Positions 16,795 to 24,732 of a stretch of 29,088 nucleotides of DNA are shown here, one piece after another. Positions within the stretch are counted from its first letter, which is position 1; the number at the start of each line of letters is the position of its first letter. Under the pieces are notes generated by a model, which had not been told where the DNA came from, did not search any database, and saw only the letters and a list, made by a program, of their open reading frames with translations. The position numbers were made by a program, and so were the translations under genes. The stretch lies in assembly GCA_022563115.1 (NCBI GenBank), contig JADFNY010000001.1, positions 1 to 29,088 of the forward strand. Direction: 5' to 3'. This DNA is from Acidobacteriota bacterium (lineage in GTDB: Bacteria > Acidobacteriota > UBA890).

Positions 16795-18581
16795 GTGGCG
16801 GACGGTCGATCGGATCGTGGTGGAGCGTTCTGGCGCTCGCGGCGACGGCCTTCTTCGTCGCCTACAGTTCGCCGATCGACTTCACCTACAGCGATCCGTG
16901 GGGCAACCTCCTCACCGCGCAAGCGATTCTCGAGCACGGGACGATCAAACTCGACGCCTATCCCGAGGCACACGCGCTCTCGGAGCTCCGGCTCGACACG
17001 GAGCTTGACGGCCATCGCTACTACGACTACCCGGTCGGCACACCGGTGCTTGCGGTGCCGGCCGTGTGGCTCGCACGGCTCGCGGGCATGGACATGGCGG
17101 ACGAGGACGAGAACACCGCCTTGCAGCAGCTACTGGCGGCCTTGACCGTCGTTTTCTCCGTACCTCTCATCTTCGTGTTGTGCCGGCTGTACCTTCCCTA
17201 TGCGTACAGCTTGCTCATCACCGTCGTTTTTGTCTTCGGCAGCTCGGTCGCCAGCACGCTGGGAACGGCGTTCTGGAGCTCGAACCTGACGTTCCTGCTC
17301 AACCTGACGACCGTGTGGATCCTTGCTCGGGACCGCCTCGGGGTTCGACCTGCCAACCCCTACCTCATCGGCGTACTGCTCTTCCTCGCCTACCTCTGCC
17401 GCCCGACAGCCGCGTTGTTGGTCGTGGTTGTTATCGGGTACTTGGCGCTGGCGAGACGGCCGCTTCTGTGGCGCACGTCGGGGGTCGTTGCCGTCCTGGG
17501 CTGTGCCTTCGTGGTGTTCGCCTATGCAGAGTTCGGGTTGTTGGTGCCACCGTATTACGCGCCGTCGGGACTGGGATCCGGCGATTTCTGGACCGCCCTG
17601 GTCGGCAACGTCGTAAGCCCTTCTCGAGGGGTGCTGGTCCTCTATCCTTTTCTTCTCCCCGTCGTGGTCGGCGGCGCAGTGTTCCATCGGCGCCTGGCGC
17701 CGGACCCGTTGCTTCGACTGGCCCTCATCTGGCTTGGCCTGCACTGGATCACCGTCTCCTCACCCGTCACTCTTGGCAACGGTCACACCGTCCTCTGGTG
17801 GGGCGCCTGGAGTTTCGGCAATCGGTTGTTCGCGGATGCGCTCCCGGCACTGATCCTTCTGACGATCGGTGTCTTCAAGGCAGCCCTGGACACTCTCGCG
17901 CCGCCGAGTCAACGGCGGGCGACGGTGGCCTTTGTCGTGCTCGGCGGTGTGGCGATCTTCATCCACAGTTATCAAGGCCTGTACAACGTGTACCCGTTCC
18001 TCTGGAGTCAAGACGGGACCTATGTTGACCACCTCTTCGACTGGCAGCACCCGCAGTTTCTCGCCAGCGCGGCGAGTCTGGCTCGGCATCGGCGACAACA
18101 TCTGCTCCCGGCCGCAGCGCCACGCTCTCTCTACGATCCGATCACGCCGACCAGCGAAGGGGTGATCTTCGAGAACTGGTCCCTGCCGGAGGGCAACGGC
18201 CAATGGCGTTGGTCCAACGGGACCTCCGCGACCATTCTCTTCCGAACCGGCCCCGAGACACCCGCTACGCCCGGCCCCCTGGTCCTCGAGGTGGTGGCCG
18301 GAACCTTCCAGGCCCAGCGACTGACGGTGTTCATCAACGATGTCGAAGTCGGAACGATCGACAGCCGCACCCATTGGGAACCTGCGACCTACCGGTTCAA
18401 CGTAGCCGCCTCCGCCCTGGCCGGGGTGACATCAGATGAGGATGCCGCTACGGGCGTCGTCGAGATCAGGTTCTCGATCCCCCAAGCACGTAGCCCCGCG
18501 AGCCTGAATCCGGATGGGCGGGGCGACCGGCGGTTGCTGGGGCTGTGCTTGCGCGAGCTCATCCTGGTGACTCCGACGTGA
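16791..18581 (+). CDS. Polytopic membrane protein, probable GT-C-superfamily glycosyltransferase with C-terminal extracytoplasmic beta domain
   Basis: N-terminal TM helix followed by a YSD-containing loop and many hydrophobic segments (YLCRPT, SPSRG, WWGAWSFGNRLFADALP). Ends in a soluble domain with W.WS.G and D.RLLGL. ATGA overlap with the upstream methyltransferase. Confidence 0.6.
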   Translation: MSGGRSIGSWWSVLALAATAFFVAYSSPIDFTYSDPWGNLLTAQAILEHGTIKLDAYPEAHALSELRLDTELDGHRYYDYPVGTPVLAVPAVWLARLAGMDMADEDENTALQQLLAALTVVFSVPLIFVLCRLYLPYAYSLLITVVFVFGSSVASTLGTAFWSSNLTFLLNLTTVWILARDRLGVRPANPYLIGVLLFLAYLCRPTAALLVVVVIGYLALARRPLLWRTSGVVAVLGCAFVVFAYAEFGLLVPPYYAPSGLGSGDFWTALVGNVVSPSRGVLVLYPFLLPVVVGGAVFHRRLAPDPLLRLALIWLGLHWITVSSPVTLGNGHTVLWWGAWSFGNRLFADALPALILLTIGVFKAALDTLAPPSQRRATVAFVVLGGVAIFIHSYQGLYNVYPFLWSQDGTYVDHLFDWQHPQFLASAASLARHRRQHLLPAAAPRSLYDPITPTSEGVIFENWSLPEGNGQWRWSNGTSATILFRTGPETPATPGPLVLEVVAGTFQAQRLTVFINDVEVGTIDSRTHWEPATYRFNVAASALAGVTSDEDAATGVVEIRFSIPQARSPASLNPDGRGDRRLLGLCLRELILVTPT

Positions 18582-18607
18582 GAAGGCGCCCGCCAACAAG
18601 CCCAGGA

Positions 18608-18661
18608 GAGGCGCTGACCCTGCCACAGGGCCCTGGTTTCGACCTCGGCGTGGATCAGGAT
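18608..18661 (-). pseudogene. Relic fragment of an FkbM-family methyltransferase paralog (inverted)
   Basis: The minus strand reads ILIHAEVETRALWQGQRL, versus TIIHVEVETREFWHGQKL in the adjacent gene (19156-19209). 11 of 16 residues are identical over IH..L. Confidence 0.7.
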
Positions 18662-18666
18662 TTGGC

Positions 18667-19461
18667 GTGATGACGCTCTATACAGACATTCTGTTTCAGG
18701 TACTGATAAAGCGACTGCAACCAGACCTCGTCTGCGATGTTGGCTCCATGAATGCACGCGATGCGAAACGCTTTCGTCACGTGTTGCCCAAGGCGAGGAT
18801 CGTTGCCTTTGAAGCGAGTCCCCATAACGCGCAGCTCATAGAGGAAAGCGGTGATGTAGACGACTACGACATACAGCTTCGACGTCAAGCGGTCTCGAAT
18901 GTCGATGGCACGCTTACCTTCAACGTCGAGCATTTTTCCAGCGAAAAAGGCCAGCATCTGCGTCAGAGCATTAGCTCGACGCGGAAACGAATAGCGGGCA
19001 GCCTGGGTAGGACTGAAGTCGAAGTCGAATCGATTCGCTTAGATACTTTTGTCCAACGGTTGACTCCACCCCCTGCGAGCATCGCTCTTTGGATCGATGC
19101 CGAAGGTAATAGCTATGAAATCCTCGAAGGTATGGAGGGAATCCGGCACAGAGTCACGATCATCCATGTCGAGGTAGAAACTCGGGAATTCTGGCATGGT
19201 CAGAAACTGAAAGCCGACGTCGTAGACCTGATGGCGTCTATGGACTTCGTTTCCTTTGCCCGCGGATACGATGAGTTTCAGCACGATGTCATTTTTCTAG
19301 CGGCCCGCACGTTGACATCATCCGGAGTCAACTTTCGGTTGCATGCGTTTCGCGTCTTCATTGTCTCCGCATTTGCTCATGGCTTTGAACTCATCAAGCG
19401 CAAAATCAAGCGCACAGTTCATGCGATTCGATCAGCTGTGAGAAACAAGCGCCTGCTTTAG
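18667..19461 (+). CDS. FkbM-family methyltransferase (low GC)
   Basis: VCDVGSMNA, IVAFEASP, AVSN, VESIRLD, LWIDAEG...ILEG, IHVEVE. Start is GTG 18667 or ATG 18670. Confidence 0.8.
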   Translation: MMTLYTDILFQVLIKRLQPDLVCDVGSMNARDAKRFRHVLPKARIVAFEASPHNAQLIEESGDVDDYDIQLRRQAVSNVDGTLTFNVEHFSSEKGQHLRQSISSTRKRIAGSLGRTEVEVESIRLDTFVQRLTPPPASIALWIDAEGNSYEILEGMEGIRHRVTIIHVEVETREFWHGQKLKADVVDLMASMDFVSFARGYDEFQHDVIFLAARTLTSSGVNFRLHAFRVFIVSAFAHGFELIKRKIKRTVHAIRSAVRNKRLL

Positions 19462-20334
19462 GCACCTGAGATACTGTCGCCACGTGTAGCGGCCGGGTCG
19501 CACTTCGGTCAACAACTTGTACATGCCGTCCAGACGTTTTCCCGAGCTGATCATTTGCAACGCCAGGTAGACTTTCAGCGTCTCCATGAAGTGTGCCGCG
19601 CTCCTTTTGATTTCTGGCGGTATCCGCTGAGCTTGTCTGTATCGTTCGTAGGTGTTCAAAAAGGCTTCTATCCCCTGGATACGCTCCGAGAAATCGGCAG
19701 TGTTGGAGACTCTGTTGGGCGCATCCACATGTTTTACGGCTAGATCTTCCGGGATGAAGTAGAACTTCCCGGAACAGGCGAGACAAAACCAGGTCTCAGA
19801 ATCTTCGGCATACCGGCGTCCCTCTACAACCCCCCCCAGAGACAGGACGTGGTCGCGGCGAAGAAGGACCGATGAGGACGTAATGGCGATGCCGTGGTCA
19901 AGCACCGCCGCGTAATAGTCTTGTACTACTCCCTCGGCGACGTCACCGGTTCGAAGTGAGAGATCAGCGACCGAGTATTGGGTGAAGACAGCGCACACTC
20001 CGGGGATGTGATCTGCTTTCGTCATGGTTCGCTCTAGAAAACCCTCAGACCATTCATCATCGGCATCCAGCAGCCCTACCCATGTTGTGCCCAAAGCTCG
20101 CATGCCGACGTTGCGCGCCGCACCAGGGCCGTTATTGGGGGTGCGTATGAGGCGCACGCGCGGGTCCGCTGACTGCTCCACCCAATCCGGGCCGGCATCG
20201 GTCGAACCGTCATCGACGACGACAAGCGACAAATCGGCATAGGATTGACTCAGCACCGAGGCTACCGCCCGACCGATCGTCGCCTCCTTGTTGAAAAGGG
20301 GAATCACGACCCCCGCTTTGTCGGACGCCATCAT
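19432..20334 (-). CDS. Glycosyltransferase family 2 (GT-A)
   Basis: VVIPLFNKE..I.RAV.SVLSQ, VVDDGSTD, NNGPGAARNVG, LLDADDEW, EDSETW. Overlaps the convergent FkbM gene by 30 bp. Confidence 0.9.
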   Translation of the reverse strand: MMASDKAGVVIPLFNKEATIGRAVASVLSQSYADLSLVVVDDGSTDAGPDWVEQSADPRVRLIRTPNNGPGAARNVGMRALGTTWVGLLDADDEWSEGFLERTMTKADHIPGVCAVFTQYSVADLSLRTGDVAEGVVQDYYAAVLDHGIAITSSSVLLRRDHVLSLGGVVEGRRYAEDSETWFCLACSGKFYFIPEDLAVKHVDAPNRVSNTADFSERIQGIEAFLNTYERYRQAQRIPPEIKRSAAHFMETLKVYLALQMISSGKRLDGMYKLLTEVRPGRYTWRQYLRCLKQALVSHS

Positions 20335-20372
20335 GAATACCTTCGCTCGGCCCGCCGTTGCCCGCCGTGTTG

Positions 20373-20378
20373 ATCATA
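20373..20378 (-). promoter_or_regulatory. Putative -10 hexamer (TATGAT) for the GT2 gene
   Basis: 5/6 match to TATAAT about 40 nt upstream of the GT2 start. No recognisable -35. Confidence 0.25.
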
Positions 20379-20478
20379 GGGACAATCGGGGCGCGATCCT
20401 ACGCGCCAGGACTTCTATCCTGAAGACCCTCGATCACTCCCGATCCCCGGGAGACGTGTTCTATCTGGTGAACCCGAC

Positions 20479-21633
20479 GTGACAAGGCACAGGTTTCACG
20501 ATCTCGAGAGGCGCTTGCTGCGGGGCGTCCTGGGTGACGACTACGCGCGCCGCGAGGGCCAATGCCGGCTGGCCCCAGAGTGGCTGATTCTGTGTATCAA
20601 CAACTTCTGCAATCTGCATTGCAGGATGTGCGACGTCGGGCTCGGCGCCAGCGACACCGTGTTCTACGCCAACCTGATTGGCGATCAGCCCCAAAACATG
20701 AGCCTGGACCTGCTGAACACGATACTGGACCAGGCAACGCTCTTCAGGCCGGCTCCCCGGATCGGCTTGTCGTACACCGAGCCGTTGATTCACGCTCGCA
20801 TCCTGGATTTCTGCGAGGCGATTGCGCGACGCCGGCTGTTCGTCAGCATCACCACAAATGGCTATCTTCTGCCGAGATTGGCCGGCGGCCTCGTGGCGTG
20901 CGGCGTGGATCACATTACCGTGTCCGTCGATGGATCCGAGGCGGTGCACGATCGCGTGCGACGATGCGACGGCTCGTTCAGGCGATTGTATGAGGGGGTC
21001 GAGAAACTGAACGAAGCCAAGTCGAAAGCCAATCGACAGACACCCGTCGTTCAGTTCTCCTACACCCTGACGGACGAGAACTACACCGACATGGTGAATT
21101 TCGTCAAGCAGGTGGCTCCGCTGCAACCTGATCGTCTGATTTTTTCGCACCTCAATTTCATCACCGCCCAGATGGCGCACGTTCACAACGCGACGTATCA
21201 GGGCGACTTGCGCGTGGTGCGTTCGAATCTGGGAGAAATGGATCTCGGCGGGATTGCTCTCGAGGACATGGGTCAGGCTCTGCACGAACTGAAGGCGTAC
21301 GTCGGCTCCCTGGCGAAGCCTCCGCGTCTCACCATCGTCCCCGATCTGTCCGATCTCCCAGAGTTGGAGGTGTTCTATCGAAAGCCGCTGACGTTCATCG
21401 GTAGCCGACGTTGCACCGACCCGTGGCGACTCATGATGATCAAGACAGACGGCGGAGTCATTCCCGCTCATGGTCGCTGTTTCAACTTTCCGGTGGGCCG
21501 GGTCACCGAGCGACCTCTCAAGGAGATCTGGAACAGCGATCGCTACTTGGAGCTTCGGGGCATCTTGAAGAGTGCAGGAGGCACGCTACCCGCTTGCTCT
21601 CGTTGTTGCGGGGTCATCGGCAAGCCGCGATGA
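20479..21633 (+). CDS. Radical SAM protein with C-terminal SPASM/twitch domain
   Basis: CNLHCRMC, YTEPL, ITTNGYLL, VSVDG...HDRVR. C-terminal CTDPW..MMIKTDGGV....RC...GRV....LKEIWNS...ACSRCC. Confidence 0.88.
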   Translation: MTRHRFHDLERRLLRGVLGDDYARREGQCRLAPEWLILCINNFCNLHCRMCDVGLGASDTVFYANLIGDQPQNMSLDLLNTILDQATLFRPAPRIGLSYTEPLIHARILDFCEAIARRRLFVSITTNGYLLPRLAGGLVACGVDHITVSVDGSEAVHDRVRRCDGSFRRLYEGVEKLNEAKSKANRQTPVVQFSYTLTDENYTDMVNFVKQVAPLQPDRLIFSHLNFITAQMAHVHNATYQGDLRVVRSNLGEMDLGGIALEDMGQALHELKAYVGSLAKPPRLTIVPDLSDLPELEVFYRKPLTFIGSRRCTDPWRLMMIKTDGGVIPAHGRCFNFPVGRVTERPLKEIWNSDRYLELRGILKSAGGTLPACSRCCGVIGKPR

Positions 21634-22588
21634 GTCTCCGCCGCGCCGTTCTGCCAACGATGTAGGCGGCGGGGTCGCTCACCGCCAGGTAACGGAGGCC
21701 CCGAAATCGATCTCGCCACCGATCGGGGCTTTCCCGGTGCAGCTCGCGGTAATCGTTGACCGTCATTTCCCAGAATTCCTCGGCCAGACCTGCCGACCGG
21801 TGGGCGCGCGCCGCGTACCGTTTGACGCGCAGACAGGAAACGATCGAGCCCTTCTGGCTGGCGTGGGCGTCGAGGGCAGAGCCATGGGCCGACGCGACGC
21901 TCGAGATGTCCACGACCCGGTTGACGAGAACGGCGCTCAGCGGCACCTGGATTTGGAAGACACGGATCCGTGGCCCGTCATCTCCCGGGTAGCACGTTGC
22001 CAGCGCCGAGGCCAACGCGTGTGCGATCGCATGGTGCTCGGGATGGAAATCGACCCGTGACGGCGCGTAGACGAACGTCGGTTTGCAGCGTCGCAACAGC
22101 TCACAGAGCCGCGACTGAAGCGCGCCCCGTTGCCATTCTCCCTCAGGGAGGCTGAACCACTCGAGTCGATCGATGCGCAAGTGCGCGGCCGCCGCTTCGG
22201 CCTCGAGCCGGCGCGTCTCCGCCATCTGCTGCGGCGCCAGGCCGAACGCTCGCGAACGTCGCCCGTCGGTGACGTAGGCGACGCTCACCCGGTCACCGGC
22301 CGCCTCGTGCCGGAGGATTGCGCCGCCACAACCGACGACCTCGTCATCAGGATGAGGCGCAACGACGAGCACCGACCCGTCGTTGCCGAAGAACACCTCC
22401 TCCACTCGGGACGCCCTCAGGTGACTCAGGAGGCCGAATCCGGCGCACCACAGCGTGGCGAAAGCCTCCTGTACGCCGGTCTTCGCCCAATCCCGCGGGC
22501 GTGGCCGCTTCCGCCGCATGGCGCTAGCCGGCATTGCAGGCGCACCCCTTTCCGCCTCCACAGTAGCAACCCGTTGAGCAATGCCCAC
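21614..22588 (-). CDS. PIG-L/LmbE-family N-acetylglucosaminyl deacetylase
   Basis: VLVVAPHPDDEVVGCGG, YVTDG, R..EA.AAA..L, D.HPEH. A GTG start overlaps the GNAT stop by 1 nt; internal ATG starts are possible. Confidence 0.85.
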   Translation of the reverse strand: MGIAQRVATVEAERGAPAMPASAMRRKRPRPRDWAKTGVQEAFATLWCAGFGLLSHLRASRVEEVFFGNDGSVLVVAPHPDDEVVGCGGAILRHEAAGDRVSVAYVTDGRRSRAFGLAPQQMAETRRLEAEAAAAHLRIDRLEWFSLPEGEWQRGALQSRLCELLRRCKPTFVYAPSRVDFHPEHHAIAHALASALATCYPGDDGPRIRVFQIQVPLSAVLVNRVVDISSVASAHGSALDAHASQKGSIVSCLRVKRYAARAHRSAGLAEEFWEMTVNDYRELHRESPDRWRDRFRGLRYLAVSDPAAYIVGRTARRRLIAACR

Positions 22589-23655
22589 TAGATAAGGTCG
22601 AAGTCACCTCCCGCGAGCATCCAGCGCCCGGAGCCGCGAAGCGTTTCGATCCGAATATCCGGATCCAAGATCACCGCGTGGATAACGAACGTCCCCCAAC
22701 TGAACAGAAAGCCTCGACGGCGAAAAAGCCGGTGGTCGCGACTGCCGGGGACCGCCAGGGCGACCGCGATGTCCGCCCCTGCGTCCCGCAGTCTGTCGGC
22801 GGCCTCGCGGATGAGCCAGCTGCCAAAGCGGCTGTCCGGGTGCGGCGTGACTAACTCGGCGATGGCACCAATCCGGCGGCCGTTGACCTCTTGTACTCGG
22901 TAGGCGGCGTATCCGACTGGCTCTTGGCCGTCGCTGGCGACCACGATCCGGTAGGGTGACACCGGTACGTCGAGGAGCCTGTGAACCATCCACGCCTTGT
23001 CGCGGTGAAGTTCGAGGTGCTCCTTCGAGTCGCGCGCGCCCGCCAGCCGGTCGAACGCCGCTTCGGATTCGGCCCGATCCATCGCCTCGAACACCCGGCC
23101 GGGAGACCGCCGCGCGCCGAGGTTCCAGAACGTGTTCCAGAGCCCGCCGGCGGCCTCGAGCCCCGGTAGTCCACCGAGCCGCGTCCGTCTTGCCAACAAC
23201 ACGTCGGGCCGGATGGGGCGGATCATCCAGCGCAGGGATGACACCCGTTGCCAGCCGAGGGCATCGGTGCGCGACCCGTACTCCTCGTTGGGCATGCCGA
23301 GGACGAACGCCACACCGGCGTCGCGCCAGGCGGCGTGAGCGCGGGTTACGACGGCGGTGAACGCTCCTTGGCGGCGCAGCTCGGGTGCGGTCATGGCATC
23401 GACCGCCACCATGACGGTGTGCTCCCCGTCCGGAAGACGGACGCGCCGTGGGATTCCCGCGTATTGACACAGCGGACGATCCTGGCCGTCGACCGCGAGC
23501 CACACGTTGGGCGGGGCCTTGGCGTGATCGCCAAGCTTCCACCTCCACAGCTGCGGCGTCATGGGCCGCTCGAACACCCGTTCGAACAGCGCGGCCAGGT
23601 GCACCTCATCCCCCGAACGGTACGGGCGAACGGTCCATGACCGCTGCTCGATCAC
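22588..23655 (-). CDS. GNAT-family acyltransferase (355 aa, probably two GNAT-like lobes)
   Basis: VRPYRSGD..L.ALF..VF, W.WK, VDAMTAPELRRQGAF (acyl-CoA motif A), GMPN, second lobe GYAAYR...IAEL. Confidence 0.75.
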   Translation of the reverse strand: MIEQRSWTVRPYRSGDEVHLAALFERVFERPMTPQLWRWKLGDHAKAPPNVWLAVDGQDRPLCQYAGIPRRVRLPDGEHTVMVAVDAMTAPELRRQGAFTAVVTRAHAAWRDAGVAFVLGMPNEEYGSRTDALGWQRVSSLRWMIRPIRPDVLLARRTRLGGLPGLEAAGGLWNTFWNLGARRSPGRVFEAMDRAESEAAFDRLAGARDSKEHLELHRDKAWMVHRLLDVPVSPYRIVVASDGQEPVGYAAYRVQEVNGRRIGAIAELVTPHPDSRFGSWLIREAADRLRDAGADIAVALAVPGSRDHRLFRRRGFLFSWGTFVIHAVILDPDIRIETLRGSGRWMLAGGDFDLI

Positions 23656-23685
23656 GATTGGCTCGGTCTCACAACCCGCCCGATC

Positions 23686-24732
23686 TCATAACCCGCTCGC
23701 CCGCCAGGGCGACAAGTGCAACGGGCAAACGCACCGGCGGCAGATCTCGTCGCTGGCGACGTCGAGATTGCGGCGAAACGCAACCGCTCGGTCAGCGTTC
23801 AGAATCTCGTCGAGGGGCGCCTCGTGAATGTTGCCGAGCGGCGGGTGGAAAAAGCATGGTCGCACGGTGCCATCGGCCTCGATCACCGTTGAGACCCAGG
23901 GGGCGTTGCATGTCGGAGCTACAGGCTCGCACTGTCCGCTGAGGGCCAGGAAATGGCGCGCAATCCGCCGGAGCTTGTCGGGCGACTCAGCGATAAAGTC
24001 GGACTCGAAGTCACTACGAGAGCTGGTGATGACCGCTTCGAGCATGCCCTCGAACTCGCGGGCCTCCTCGGGTTCAAGGCCCACCTCGGCCGCCCTGGCC
24101 TCGTCCCAGCGCACCGGTCGGTTGAATGCCTCGGTGGTGATATCGGCCGCCAGGAAGGAGATCTGGTTCAGTGTGATGTCGTGAGCGGCCTCGATGATCC
24201 CGAGAAGATGCTTGTAGTTGAGACGCTGAACCACGCACCGACCGGTGACCCGATAACTCGGGTCGATCTGCCGCAGTGCCCTGACACCGGCGGCGAGGCG
24301 GTCGAACACCCCGGGGATGCGGCGAATGCGGTCGTGCAGCGACCGGTTTCCGTCGAGGGACACGATGACCTCGTCGCACCACAGCACGACCGGCTGCGCG
24401 TGCCGTTCGAGGCTCAGACCGGTCGAGAGCAAGGTAATCCGAACGCCTTGCTCCTTGAGCAGCTCGCACAGCGTCCAGAGATTCGAATGCAGCAGAGCCT
24501 CGCCACCCGATAACACGACGGACCGGACGCCAAGCTTGCCGAACGCCCCGACATGAGGCTCTAGATCTTGGCGCGAGAGTTCCTGTCTGCGGTCGTTCGC
24601 CTTCCAGATGTCGCACATCACGCAACGGCAATCGCAGCGACTGTGCGGCATGAGAACGACCACCGGCAGCGTGTGGATCCGATGGGTCCACAGGGTCACG
24701 TGGCGCTTGACGATTTGACTTGGAGCGAGCAT
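23686..24732 (-). CDS. Radical SAM protein with C-terminal SPASM/twitch domain
   Basis: CDCRCVMCDIW, LSGGEALL, VSLDG...HDRIR. C-terminal CNAPW.STVIEADGTVRPCFF...GNI...L.EILN...CRRCVC. Confidence 0.88.
   Translation of the reverse strand: MLAPSQIVKRHVTLWTHRIHTLPVVVLMPHSRCDCRCVMCDIWKANDRRQELSRQDLEPHVGAFGKLGVRSVVLSGGEALLHSNLWTLCELLKEQGVRITLLSTGLSLERHAQPVVLWCDEVIVSLDGNRSLHDRIRRIPGVFDRLAAGVRALRQIDPSYRVTGRCVVQRLNYKHLLGIIEAAHDITLNQISFLAADITTEAFNRPVRWDEARAAEVGLEPEEAREFEGMLEAVITSSRSDFESDFIAESPDKLRRIARHFLALSGQCEPVAPTCNAPWVSTVIEADGTVRPCFFHPPLGNIHEAPLDEILNADRAVAFRRNLDVASDEICRRCVCPLHLSPWRASGL

Noticed and set aside
20350-20368. 9-bp direct repeat gcccgccgt x2, considered as a transposon target-site footprint
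   Set aside because: Short and GC-rich, so expected by chance, and no associated element ends.
20395-20460. Minus-strand frame GSGVIEGLQDR, considered as the 5' half of the FkbM relic
   Set aside because: Similarity to YEILEGMEGIR is too weak to support by eye.
20461-21471. 336-aa minus-strand ORF
   Set aside because: Antisense shadow of the SPASM radical SAM gene; no motifs.
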